A DNA stretch of 64,000 bases from Tubulanus polymorphus (lineage: Eukaryota > Animalia > Nemertea): the NCBI RefSeq assembly GCF_964204645.1, contig NC_134035.1:4402001-4466000 (forward strand), written 5' to 3'. The notes beneath the pieces are model-generated. The model ran no database searches and was not told the DNA's origin. It saw nothing but the letters and a program-made list of their open reading frames with translations. A program made the translations under genes and the position numbers. Position 1 is the first letter of the stretch. Each line of letters starts with the position of its first letter. Below, piece by piece: positions 1-13,085 of this stretch.

Positions 1-1463
1 AACGTTGTCGATGGTGTATATATACCGCCTGTTAAGATTTTCATGTAAAACTCGAGTCTGACAAAGCCCCCTCTAATTTACGATTCCAACGCAATATCGA
101 TACTGTCGCGTGGATATAAACGTCTAGTGACGTGTTGAAAGCAAATACGGTTGACAATATAGACAATATTAATAATGCAAAGTAAAGTCCGAAATGTTTC
201 GTTGCGCTCAATTCGACACTTCGACTTATTGTACAGTCATCCCCTGGAATAGGAGTTACGGAAATATGGTAACTCTTGAAAAAGTACTGACAAACTCCGG
301 AAAATACTGATGAACTGAAAAATTTGTTCCGACAGCATTTTTTTTCTGGGGATGACAGGAGAATACGAGATGTATTTTTATTCGTCTGATATCTTTGTTT
401 GTGATTATTAGTGTGGGATTCTCTGTAATTATCATCGCAGCGCAGATGGATTGTGTTTCAGTAATGACTATAAATACAGGTGACATTTCCATCTCCAATT
501 TGCCAGCAATGATAGGAAGTTTTAATTTTACCATACGATGATACGCGCGGTTCTCATTATTCATGCAGATATTGCGATTGATGCGAAGGCAGATTCTAAA
601 AACGAACACGCAAAGGATCATATTCTCTGAGCCAAAGTCGCCAGTATAATTCATTTTCATTCAATCTGCGTACAGATATGAACGTATTTTTGCATAATGA
701 ACAGATAATCTGTTCGTCAGATCTGATACATCATATTTTTTTTTGTTAAATCAGAAATTTTTCATTTCGATGAAATTACGACCTTCAACCGAAATAGAAT
801 CTGTGCGTTATAACTGATACAGCATAACCACGTTACAACAAACTTCAGGAGACCAGAAAATCTGTTCAATATAACTGATACAGCGGAACCTCATTACAAC
901 AAACTTCAGGAGACCAGAAAATCTGTTCCTTGTAACTGATACAGCATATTTTGTGTCGCCTTTTTTCCGTTAGATCAGAGAAATTCTTTACTTCGATGAA
1001 ATGACGACCTTCCACAAAAATCTCACCAATCATTAATTTTTGTAAGTTATCAGAAGGCAGCCCGTAACTGGGTCCGTCTTTAAATTACGAACCAGCTATG
1101 CCCGGGTTGCACTTCTACGTCCTTCCCCCGGAGAGAGTTCAGTTGATTTACTTAGCGGCAATTTGTAGCCGTCTGTCAAATGAATGTTAAACAAGCTCAT
1201 AAATACAGTTAAATATAGGTCCCGAGGGTATTCTAGGTGATGATACGCTGTTAAACAGCCATGATTAATGTGAAGATTTGCGGCATGTCTCGATAGCCAT
1301 TTTATCACTTGATTATAATGCGTACAACCGGGTTTCGGTCGGCATCCTCCATTTGTTTGATTAACTAAATGTATGTAAGAAATAGCCGGTCTTTTATGGT
1401 AACCTTTAAAAAAGATTTTTCATAACAGTATTAAAGAAGCCCCGCTATATTGAGAACCTCAAT

Positions 1464-1752
1464 ACGGTGGAACCTTGTTACAATGAACTTCAGGAGACCA
1501 GAAAATCTGTTAGTTATAACTGATACAGTGGAACCTCGTTACAACGAACTTCAGGAGACCAGAAAATCTGTTAGTTATAACTGATACAGCGGAACCTCGT
1601 TACAACAAACTTCAGGAGACCACAAAATCTGTTTGTTATAACTGATACAGCGGAACCTCGTTACAACGAACTTCAGGAGACCAGAAAATCTGTTCGTTAA
1701 AACTGATACAGTGGAACCTCGTTACAACAAACTTCAGGAGACCAGAAAATCT
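1464..1752 (+). repeat. 61-bp tandem repeat (~5 copies; ~3 more degenerate copies at ~780-950) derived from a Tc1/mariner-type MITE terminus
   Basis: Unit GATACAGTGGAACCTCGTTACAACGAACTTCAGGAGACCAGAAAATCTGTTxGTTATAACT recurs at ~1522, 1583, 1644, 1705; it contains TA|CAGTGGAACC, the same terminus as the MITE at 25350. Confidence 0.9.
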
Positions 1753-4700
1753 GAAAATTGTCTACTTGTTAAGATTCAATCTCATTTGCAAAACAACCGA
1801 TAAAGAAAAATCCATGTATGAAATACAGTCTGGGTTTGATGAAGTTTGTTGATAACATGTATGTCGATGACTTCAAGTTGAAGTAGTATACAGTACATGT
1901 ACCAGTTAATTGTAGGTTGAATATCGTATGAAATTTAGAACGCTTGCATCTTTATATCGGAAATCGATGCCACTGAGTTCCGTGATAGCTTGACTCAAGT
2001 GATCGTTGTTCCTAGCCGTCGTTGCATGGTTTAATGAGTCCAATATGCTCCTAGCAAATTTTCACGTCAAAGAGAAAAGAACGAAATTCCACACGAGCTC
2101 AATCCGTATATTTTTTTACCGTTGATGCGCTAGCCCACTCAACGCAGTTCTATGTCGCTTTTGCGAGGGACGAAAAATGTGTCGTCATAGAAAAGTAGGC
2201 GGTATAATGAATCATGTCATAAAAATACTATGCAACAACAGAAGATGGTTAATGACTGTTTCAAGCCTCACGCCCCAAGCGTTTTGCCCCGGCCAACTAT
2301 TCACGACCAGACGGGCCTGCGCCTGTTTTTCGACTTGGGCCAAATTCGACCCGACCAACAACGTCAGACCAAGGCCCGTAGAAAATACTAGGACTGGTCA
2401 AATTATTGCGGGTGAATGCTAACCGGTTGTAGGAGTGTCTCGCCTCACTTGCCATGGCGATGTTTTGATAGCATTTTACCGAGTGGTTGAAAGTCATTCT
2501 CGCTTTAAGCGCCGACCAATTTTGTTTTTTGGCGGCTTTTGTTTGAGTGAAAGGGCGATGTCGAATCTGTGATTTTAAACGCAAAAATCGTCTATTTAGA
2601 CTGATATTTGAAAGGTTTTGGCACTAGGCTGCCGCTAGTTTCGATACGATCTCCTGGAGTCAACACTGATTTGTAATATTTACTCATTTAGCGCATGTAT
2701 AAGAAATGTGATTATTATGTTATCGCTCGCTTGCCGTCCATCTCGCGTCATCGAATAGATAAGTCATTTAGCTGAGATTCAAGGGATGTTACGAATTATT
2801 GCAAGTCTTAGTCGTCGCCGTCGCCGGGCGCATTCAACAACGCCCTTAATTCGATCACTGGCGGATGATTAAAACCGAAGCGAATAAATATCAGAAATCG
2901 ATAGCAGTTTGACGGGACCGTTCCTCGGCGAGCAGACAGTTCGTCCTGCCTCCGCTCGGCGATCAAAGACGCGCGCGCGCGAGAGTAATTAAATTTGCGT
3001 CTCGTCGTAGATATTGAGGGAAACCTTTCAAAACTTCGTCCGAAATCGAGTCTGAAATCGTTGTGGATGAATTATGCGATTTGATTTACAGTCAACTCGG
3101 TTATACACCCCGATAAACCTATTCGTCTTCATTTTCTATCATATCGATGATTTTTTATGGCGGGTTTTCCAGTATCGCTTAATGTAAAATGCAAAGGATA
3201 CATTTTACACTGTGGCCACATAACCTGGTAATCGGAAAATCATGCACAATTTAGGCTAAACAAAAATGACACCTTGTTTCTCCGCAGCGGCCGGGTCATT
3301 TTAGTAAAATATGATAAAATTTGTAAACAGTTCATTTCTATAGCCGGGTCTGTTATGGTAAAATTGATCACGATTTTAAAAAAAGTAATGTATAGGGTAG
3401 ATAGGCGGCCGGCCGGGTCAACATTCAAGCTCAGCAGAGCGGAGAAACAAGGTATCAATTTTTTTAGCCTTAGGGAATTTCTTTTTTACTTCTGAGAAAT
3501 TTGTGACAAATCTAAAAAAAAAAAATACAGTTGGAAATATGGGTGTCACTAAACCCAAACTCACTAAACCACTTAACTAATGATGATCCTCATAGCTAGG
3601 AGATAATGATAATCATCATTATTATGCCAACAGTAAACGCGGATGCCAACTTATGCCAACAAACTCGGACAAAGTGGCAAACCGGCAAAATTGGTCTTGG
3701 GTATACGCAGTGCGAGTTAAAGATAGGAAATGTATGATAGAAAATCATAAAATGATTTCATTTTTTGTGAGTAAGCTAAAAATGTCTGAGTAAGGTTTAC
3801 TGTATTGTTATTATCATCATTATTATAGATATTATAAATATCATTATTATTACTATTATATTTGAGGATCGGCTATAAATAACACTGCCGCCTCACTACG
3901 TGTCAGTTCAGCTGCAGCCGTAAAAATACTCACCGGAGTTTTTTTTCACGAATCTCTTTTATCTGCGGTTGTTCGCGCGAGATGCAGATGACAGACAGAG
4001 ACCGATCCCAACCCGATTCCTGATGGACCAATCCCTAAAAACCGCTTACTCTCTCACTTCACAGAGTCTAATTCGACGTATTTTTAGCCTCTCGTAATCA
4101 ACAAAGACAAGCTCAACAGTTGGCGTTTATTAAACCATGGACTCTAAATCAGCATCGGAAACAGGTCAACAAAAAGCGCCGCGATGATAGAATATTTGAT
4201 TTGACTTATCCAACGGTCAGTCGGCGCAGTAACGATTGATAAATTCGGCTGCGCCCGTCGACGCATCAATCGGACATTTTTGATGTTCGTAAAATTGCAG
4301 TAGCGAAATGAAGCCAGTATTTGCGGAATGAACAGATTACCGCGGGCGTTGTCCGTTAACGAGTTTGTATACGGCGCAAGTTCATCGTGTTGTAATTAAT
4401 TTCGGGTGTAGTTTACGTTATGCGGGGTTAATTTCCGTTTGTAATCGATTTGTTTATTTGATCACCGGGGTTAATATCCAGTAATGATATTCAGTGAACT
4501 GCTGGCCGAAGTGATTTCATTCTCTAAAACCGCTGCTTGAATCATTAATTCGTATCTATACGCGATAATGAAATTTTGCGCTTTTTTTATTCCTGTACAG
4601 AATTTCTTTATCGCCAGTTTTTTGAGTAGCGTTATCTAAAAAGACCAATTTAGCATTTTCCGGTGATAGTGTAATGGTTTTTACGCTAAAAGCTAATTTT

Positions 4701-4787
4701 ATTCGGCGCGAGATAAAAGCATGGATTCTGTGCCCTTTTTGTAACGAACTGAAATGCTTCTAATACTACACCGAACCTTGGCTATAA

Positions 4788-5152
4788 AGCCTAGCGCACA
4801 TCGAAACTGCGATTGGAGACAACTAGTTGCAAGGCAGTTTTCGGCGCATGAGAGGAACTGGCTGGATACGATCAGTTGCTTGAATGTGTCGATGTGTGCG
4901 AACTTACGATTGGTAAGCAAGCGTCGATCTATCTCCAGTTCCAGCCAGTTACCCATGTTCTACTTACTTTTGAGCAACTGGTTGTACTCAATCGCAGTCA
5001 TATCCGTCGATGAGCGCGCTCTGGATCTCGACGATCGACACGCGCCATGCAGTTGCTGCAACTGACCAGTTGTAACTATTTTCGATGTGCGCGGGGTAAT
5101 CGTTCGGTAGCAACTAGTTGTCTCCAATCGCAGTGTCGATGTGCGCTAGGCT
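4788..5152. mobile_element. PIF/Harbinger-type MITE with long TIRs
   Basis: TIR AGCCTAGCGCACATCGA..CTGCGATTGGAGACAACTAGTTGC / GCAACTAGTTGTCTCCAATCGCAG..TCGATGTGCGCTAGGCT; TAA flanks on both sides. Confidence 0.85.
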
Positions 5153-6834
5153 TAAGACTTAAGGACCCAGTTCCATAGTCATGGCTTAGACTTTAGACCA
5201 ATTCAAGACCATCTTACTTCTATAACCAATCTAACAACTGAAGACCAGTCTTAAAATTTAGGACCATTTTTGGACTTAAGGTCTCAACACCGAGGAACCA
5301 GGTTTATGCGTTGGTTGTTTAATGAACCATGATGTTACTACAACTTAGGCTGATACGTATACGTTCAAGATCGCATTGAGGGAAATATTTCATTTAATCA
5401 GCTTAGAAATAATAGGATTTCATACGGGATGAAGACAACGGATTGCATTTAGTTGAAGAAAGAAAAATTCCGCAATAAACATTCAATTCTTGTTGTTGCT
5501 ATCAGTTTAAAGATAAAGCTTATCAATTACTTGTCAGTCATATTGGCATTGAGCATGGCACAGCCATGCGCGACATGTTTTCCAGCCAGTTAAGTCTAAA
5601 ACAATGAATGGCCATGATCCACACCCTGACCAGAAACAGAATACATTTTTTTGTTTGGCCTACTTATGTCTAATTCGTAGAAAGAAACCAGGCTGCCAAG
5701 AGCTACCAATGAAGCGAGGTTTACTGTACTTTTACCTGGTGATCGGGGCTGAGGGCGGTTGATTACCTTGACTTGAGCGTAACACCAGTCTATGAAAGGT
5801 CAATAATAAATCTATGACGAGTCACTATTGTATTACCTTATGTCCGACTTCATTTACACGTTCAGTTTAGTAATTCATTCCATTTGTCGGTTCAGTCTGG
5901 GTAATTAACGGCATTTATCCCTGAAGAAATTCTCCCAACAATGATCTCCTACTACGGCGAAAACTGCCAAAATGTGCCGAGCGCACACGCCCGTAACCTA
6001 CTGGCGATGATCTTTCTAAGAAATATCGCTGTAACCGTTCGTTGCCGCGCGTTGTGGAAAAAAATCAGGTCATTTCGTGAGGAAGCTGTATCGCGGTGTC
6101 GGTAGCTTCGAGGCTGATGTTTATTTCATGGAAAAAATGATTGATAGCTCATCATATTCTAGCAACGTCGCCGTTTTATTTCCCATCTGGAGATCATTTG
6201 CTCATCGACGGGCCCTAAAGTGCCACTATAACCGACGATCGACACCATCCCCTCTGCCCCCCCCCCCCCGGGGTATTAGGGTGTAATGGCCATGACTTAT
6301 TATCAAAACGTTCTCAGGCGCCTTATTGTTTTTAACGCCGAATAGAATACTTCGAATATTCGGTCTAGCATTTAGGGGCTAAAAGTCGAGGACGAACTTC
6401 CTTATTGCTATAGACTGATCGGGGTAATTTGCGTATGATACCACGCGCCAATGATGCGACGCTGTTCTATGCCTAAAACCGTATCCTCCTGAAACTAGCT
6501 AGTTAACACGTCTGCAGATTTCGATAAACAGATCATATCCTTTCCGAACCGGAACATTTCCGCTGTTGATTGAAGTCTATAAGTTTCAACAACAGTGGAA
6601 GCAATGAAGCAGCTACGGTAACCAGGGCCGTATTTAGTGGAGGGGGGGGGGAGTTGCCCCAGAAATTTTGGAAAAGTGCCCATTTTGAAAATATTATCGT
6701 CTAATGGAAAATATTATCAAAAACGTTATCGTTATATCTTATGGAACTGCCTTTTTTCGGGTTTCTCTGCCCTCCCCCCCTGTTAATAAGCAATGGCTGT
6801 TAATAAGCAAGTCGCACATGTCCTGACATCCTGC

Positions 6835-6969
6835 AGGGGCTGGTTGCAGTCGTGACTTAAAGTGGTCTTAAATCTTAAGACTGGTCTTAAGTTGTTAGAT
6901 TGACTATAGAACTAAGATAGTGTTAGACTGGTTTTAAGTCTAAGCCATGGCTATGCAACAGGCCCCAGG
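6835..6969. mobile_element. Short MITE (GGGGCTGGTTGCA...TGCAACAGGCCCC family); related copies at ~5162-5302, ~15938-16066, degraded ~26930-27070
   Basis: Shared core AGACTGGTCTTAAG..TTAGATTGGCTATAGAACTAAG..CTAAGCCATG in dispersed copies; CWG flanks. Confidence 0.75.
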
Positions 6970-7050
6970 TTCTAACCCCCGTTGACCACGTTAAGATTGC
7001 GATCAGTAACGGTGTAACGTTATTCTATACGTGAAAAATAAGTGGAAAAT

Positions 7051-7169
7051 CCTGGGGCTGGTTTTATAGACTGGTATTACCTTTAACCTGGGGGGGCTAC
7101 CTTAATTCATTATCAATTGAGTTAGCCCCTGGGTTGAAGGTAATACCAGTCTATAAAACCAGCCCCAGG
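7051..7169. mobile_element. Near-perfect palindromic MITE (related copy ~17643-17807)
   Basis: CCTGGGGCTGGTTTTATAGACTGGTATTACCTT ... AAGGTAATACCAGTCTATAAAACCAGCCCCAGG. Confidence 0.85.
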
Positions 7170-7456
7170 TATTTTGGAATTTTCGACCCAAGGCTTTTTG
7201 TTTAGAAAATGGGGACATTGTGAACATATTTCATTACTAATTTCAACCAGGAAAGTGCTCAGAACGCATTTTGATTTTTCAAAATTATCCAGAGAAGCAT
7301 ACCCGGACCCCCGCCCCATATGTAAGTAGTGACCCAAGTAAGTAGTGCGCACCCCCTTTTCCGAAAAGCTTGATCCGCCTCTGCTACTGATAATCAAACA
7401 GACAGTATAGATTGTGTATAGTGAGTCTGATCGAATGTTGTTCTATATAATTACAG

Positions 7457-7692
7457 ATAAACTGTTGAGATTGCGAATGTTCGTCGACGAACAGGGCTCG
7501 TGGATGGTGATGTTTTTCACGTGCGTGTTTTTCCTGTTCACGTTTTCGTTTTTGTACAACGCACTTCTGCTGATAGGTGGCGCCTCGACCGCGTCGTATC
7601 ACATCGACAGCGTGCTGGGCATTACGAATTCGACGTTCATGAAAGCGGCAGCCTGCGGTACGTGGCTCGGCGACCTGTTCACGGCTTGGATG
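7457..7692 (+). CDS. TMEM117: Transmembrane protein 117, internal coding exon (upstream exons not found in window)
   Basis: ttacag| acceptor, ATG|gtgagt donor; translation KLLRLRMFVDEQGSWMVMFF...FMKAAACGTWLGDLFTAWM matches TMEM117 (LLRLKMF..GSWMTMFF..GTWMGDFVTAWM). Confidence 0.93.
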
Positions 7693-7934
7693 GTGAGTAT
7701 AGTCTCTCGAAGGGTTCGAACGTTTATCATCAGGGTGGCGCCACTCGCCTGAAAATCGGGAAAAAAGTCGGGGAATTTTGTAAAAAAGCCAAAAACCAGT
7801 GTTAAGTCAGGGAAATTTGTTGAGATAACTAGATCGCAAGTAAAATCAAACAGTTTCCGTCTATGCCTTACGTAGAATAAAGTGGCCACCCTGATTACCT
7901 ATACAGAGGAGGGGGGGGTGCGGTCTACGGGACG

Positions 7935-8610
7935 AAGTAGTTCGGTGACCTGTTCACTTCCTGGATGATGAGTATTGTCTCATAGGAGATATCCATTTAT
8001 TACATGTATAAGAGGGGACAGCCTTCGAGACGTGGTTCGGTGACCTGTTCACTTCCTGGATGATGAGTATTGTCTCATAGGGGATATCCATTTATTACAT
8101 GTATAAAAGGGGACAGCCTTCGAGACGTGGTTCGGTGACCTGTTCACTTCCTGGATGATGAGTATTGTCTCATAGGGGATATCCATTTATTACATGTATA
8201 AGAGGGGACAGCCTTCGAGACGTGGCTCGGTGCCCTGTTCACTTCCTGGATGATGAGAGTCTCATAGGGGATATCCATTTATTACATGTATAAGAGGGGA
8301 CAGCCTTCAAGACGTGGTTCGGTGACCTGTTCACTTCCTGGATGATGAGTATTGTCTCATAGGGGATATCCATTTATTACATGTATAAGAGGGGACAGCC
8401 TTCGAGACGTGGCTCGGTGACCTGTTCACTTCCTGGATGATGAGAGTCTCATAGGGGGCGTACATTTGTTATACCTCCCAGTAGGGAGTGGCCTGCGGGA
8501 CGTGGCTCGGTGATCTGTTTACTGTCTGAATGATGAGAGTCTCGTAGGGGGCGTACATTTGTTATACCTCCCAGTAGAGGGAGTGGCCTGCAGGACATGG
8601 TTCGGTATCT
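7935..8610 (+). repeat. ~92-95-bp tandem repeat (~8 units, last one partial) copied from the 3' end and splice donor of the preceding TMEM117 exon
   Basis: Unit core CGTGGYTCGGTGACCTGTTCACTTCCTGGATGATGAG vs exon end CGTGGCTCGGCGACCTGTTCACGGCTTGGATG|GTGAGT; units at ~7936, 8031, 8126, 8221, 8313, 8408, 8501, 8596. Confidence 0.9.
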
Positions 8611-9508
8611 GTGGTTAGTTACTCAAAAGTTGTTCGCAGTTAACTAGCGGACAGATACTAAAACCATGTTACAATGCGCTTTTAATTGTCAGTGCGTAAA
8701 CTATCCACTGGTTAACACGACCGACCTAGCTGACCGCTGGTCAGAAAGAACAGTCAATGTCCGTTATAATGCTACCATCCTGTTTGATACCACAGCTCGC
8801 TTAACGCCAACCTTTTTCAGAGAACAAATTTCCCGAATGTAACTCGCATTCAACAGAAACACCATTCTTGATGATGCTGTCAAATTTTGTTAAAACATCA
8901 TGTCTTTCATTGGTCCCACAGAGCTGCCAACTGTCCCTGAAAATGCCTCACTGTCACTGGTGAAGTTTTTTGTTTCATTTTTGGTTTACCTTTGTCAGCG
9001 ATATGATGTTGGCATTGAGCCAATTCATGTAAAATCGCGGTACGTTTTTTTATGTGAGCATTTGTTTCATTGGTTCTCGGCTTAAAAGACGTATAATCGA
9101 TGCGATTGAAGACATGGCGAACCTCCGTCGATGACATGGTCAACTGAGTTAAAATTCTACGAAAAACTGTTTTTGGCGGGAAAATTCTTAGCTCTCGCGT
9201 ATAAAATTGCAATGACCTCGATTGGGGGGGCGTTGTCTCTACGAACAAATGGGATTGTTTTTTGGATATACGGGGAATTCCGGCGCTACTAAAATTATGG
9301 GAAAGCCATAGAATGGTGTACGTTTCATTGGACTAGGTGCCGTATACGTGCCGATTTCAAATGCTCATTGCTGGTGAGGATGTAATTATTTCACTCATCT
9401 GCCATAGGTATTGTTTCATTTTAATACCCGGTGATTGTTTTGATTGACATTGAGGTGTAAGCGAATATTCACTTACACGAGGCCTCCACATGCACGCGGA
9501 GTGCTACA

Positions 9509-9678
<170 letters not shown>

Positions 9679-10002
9679 GCTCGTACAGTACACTACGGTG
9701 ATGCTGTAACGCGTGAACGTTTGATATGAAAATAGGCTGAATAATCATAGCAGAAGATGAGCGCTGTGTTTTCTGTTCGATAGAATTTGTAATAAATTGT
9801 AATTTCTTGTGACCTGAAAATACTAAGCAGCAAACTAAAAGGTCTGTCGAGGTCTGAATATTGTAGTGGTAAATTCCAGGACTTAAAACGATCTAATAGC
9901 CGATTTCTTCTGTACCACCGATATTTTAGCTTCCGTGGCCAACATTGGAAGAGGTTTCCAAGACCCAATATTCAGCCACCCTCTGATATGTGATGAATTT
10001 TA

Positions 10003-10568
10003 GGCCATCCCAAAATAATGGTCTGTTTGCCGTAACCCGACCAACCTGACTTCAGAGGTACCGAGTGAAAACTTTTTTCTAGGATTCATTGAAATAAATT
10101 TTATTTTTGATAAAAACAGCCGACCGACTATGAGCTACGTATGTTTGAATTCTAGTGTGCATGGTGTGAAAACATGCCTTGACATGTGGCCTAGTTTAAG
10201 TTTCCAGGAAACTGGCAGTGGCAATAAGCTGCCATTCATTCTAATAGTGACTAAAGTGACTGAATAGCTGGTAACGTGAAAGCGCGCACATATTCAATGT
10301 ACCGTTTCATTTTTAAGACAGAGATGACGCTCTGGACGAAGTTATAATTTTAGAATAATTCTTGAAATCTACGCTATTAGACAAATTTCCTGTGCACAAC
10401 GTAGATGATTTTTTGCGATATTGTTTCCATGTAAAAAAGCCCTAAGGTGAAAAATTTGTTTTTTTTTTGCCCAAAAATTTTGCAAAAAAAAAATTCTACC
10501 TACCTACCGACTCATCCTGAAAAGTTGAGTCGGTGTTGCAGCAAACAGACAATTATTTTGGGATGGCC
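10003..10568. mobile_element. PIF/Harbinger-type non-autonomous element; second copy at ~38222-38746
   Basis: TIR GGCCATCCCAAAATAAT / ATTATTTTGGGATGGCC, TTA on both flanks; homologous internal sequence in the 38.2-38.7 kb copy. Confidence 0.85.
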
Positions 10569-11369
10569 TTATTTGAATATTTTTTCATATCATATTAAAC
10601 ATATTTTTTTGAAAATATAAAATAGTTTCCCTGCCGTGCCTACCTGTACCCTACAAACTTTTAGACGTGGACCGCAAACAAATGTATATCTTTGGTCTTA
10701 TTTGACTACAAAATAATTCTTTAGGAAAGATAAAATACAATATAAACTGTGGATCTTTGAAGTCACGAATTAAAAAGATTTTTCAAGCAATGCCCTTACT
10801 CCAAACAACCTCTAGCTTTCAAGGTAAACCACACTTTGCCCATGGGCAATTTATTTTTTATGCTATTGAAAATCTATTGCCGTCCCTTATACAATTGTCC
10901 CTCTAAACATCGTTCTAATTCTTCGTTTTTCCACGCTTTGTTCCTGAAAATTAATTTTTCTCCCTGCTGTGGTGGTAGTTAATAGGTTCGCACGTCTGCA
11001 CTTCTAACAGTGACATTATGAAGAACTTTTACTGTATGTAGCCTTAGAAGGGTCATCCTATAGCTACGACCTACATCATCAATAATCAGATGATCACACA
11101 CAGGATTTAATTGGAGCGAAATGTCGACAATGTTGGGAATATTTTTTCGCGACCGCACGTTCGGCTTCCTCGGCATCGGAAGTGTGGGTTGATCGAGGTT
11201 GCTGCTCCGTTTAGGTTATCCACTAATCGGCTTAAATCACGGACGAATATCTCGAGGCGTAAGTGCTAGGGTATGATATGGATCATAAAATGTCATGTGT
11301 ATCATAAAATGTCATGAGTCACTTTAGAAAAAAACAAACACCATTGGTAACATTGCATTAATCTGTACA

Positions 11370-12880
11370 CACATAATTTAACTACATGAGCTGTTTATTA
11401 CCTTATTCTATACATAGTTTAACTACATGAGCTGTTTATTACCTTATTCTATACATAGTTTAACTACATGAGCTGTTTATAACCTTATTCTATACATAAT
11501 TTAACTACATGAACTGTTTATTACCTTATTCTATACATAGTTTAACTACATGAGCTGTTTATAACCTTATTCTATACATAATTTAACTACATGAGCTGTT
11601 CATTACCTTATTCTATACATAGTTTAACTACATGAGCTGTTTGTTACCTTATTCTATACATAGTCTAACTACATGAGCTGTTTATAACCTTATTCTATAC
11701 ATAATTTAACTACATGAACTGTTTATTACCTTATTCTATACATAGTTTAACTACATGAGCTGTTTATAACCTTATTCTATACATAATTTAACTACATGAA
11801 CTGTTTATTACCTTATTCTATACATAATTTAACTACATGAGCTGTTTGTTACCTTATTCTATACATAGTCTAACTACATGAGCTGTTTATAACCTTATTC
11901 TATACATAATTTAACTACATGAACTGTTTATTACCTTATTCTATACATAGTTTAACTACATGAGCTGTTTATAACCTTATTCTATACATAATTTAACTAC
12001 ATGAGCTGTTTATTACCTTATTCCATACATAGTTTAACTACATGAGCTTTTTATTACCTTATTCTATACATAGTTTAACTACATGAGCTGTTTATAACCT
12101 TATTCTATACATAATTTAACTACATGAGCTGTTTATTACCTTATTCCATACATAGTTTAACTACATGAGCTGTTTATTACCTTATTCTATACATAGTTTA
12201 ACTACATGAGCTGTTTGTTACCTTATTCTATACATAGTTTAACTACATGAGCTGTTTGTTACCTTATTCTATACATAGTTTAACTACATGAGCTGTTTGT
12301 TACCTTATTCTATACATAATTTAACTACATGAGCTGTTTATTACCTTATTCTATACATAGTTTAACTACATGAGCTGTTTGTTACCTTATTCTATACATA
12401 GTTTAACTACATGAGCTGTTTGTTACCTTATTCTATACATAATTTAACTACATGAGCTGTTTATTACCTTATTCTATACATAGTTTAACTACATGAGCTG
12501 TTTGTTACCTTATTCTATACATAGTTTAACTACATGAGCTGTTTGTTACCTTATTCTATACATAGTTTAACTACATGAACTGTTTATTACCTTATTCTAT
12601 ACATAGTTTAACTACATGAGCTGTTTATAACCTTATTCTCTACATAATTTAACTACACGAGCTGTTTGTTACCTTATTCTATACATAGTTTAACTACATG
12701 AGCTGTTTGTTACCTTATTCTATACATAGTTTAACTACATGAGCTGTTTGTTACCTTATTCTATACATAGTTTAACTACATGAGCCGTTTATTACTTTAT
12801 TCTATACATGATTTAACTACATGAGCTGTTTGTTTATTACCTTATTCTATACATAGTTTAACTACATTGAGCCGTTTAAT
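11370..12880. repeat. 41-bp minisatellite, ~37 copies, in TMEM117 intron
   Basis: Unit TACATAGTTTAACTACATGAGCTGTTTATTACCTTATTCTA. Confidence 0.98.
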
Positions 12881-12983
12881 TTCTGGAATAGAAATCGTAT
12901 ACTAAGCTTCAATGTTGTTTGCACACCTGCTAGATACTCAATACACAAAGCCTCGTTGAAAAATCACAATTTACCTATCAAAC

Positions 12984-13085
12984 TGGACCCAGTTCCACGG
13001 TTGTGAGTTAAGATTTTACTCATTGAAAATGAACTAATTTTAACGCGGAGTCAACTCTAACTCAGAACTGTGGAACTGGATCCAG
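12984..13085. mobile_element. Short MITE CTGGACCCAGTTCCAC...GTGGAACTGGATCCAG; related copies ~14739-14849, ~21529-21662
   Basis: Terminal inverted repeats and dispersed homologous copies. Confidence 0.75.

Noticed and set aside
256-660. 134-aa minus-strand ORF
   Set aside because: No recognisable domain, AT-rich, no splice support.
1-7456. Upstream TMEM117 exons
   Set aside because: No segment translating to the expected N-terminal TMEM117 motifs was found; they probably lie upstream of the window.
11370-12880. CRISPR-like regular repeat
   Set aside because: Head-to-tail units with no unique spacers, no cas genes, eukaryotic intron.
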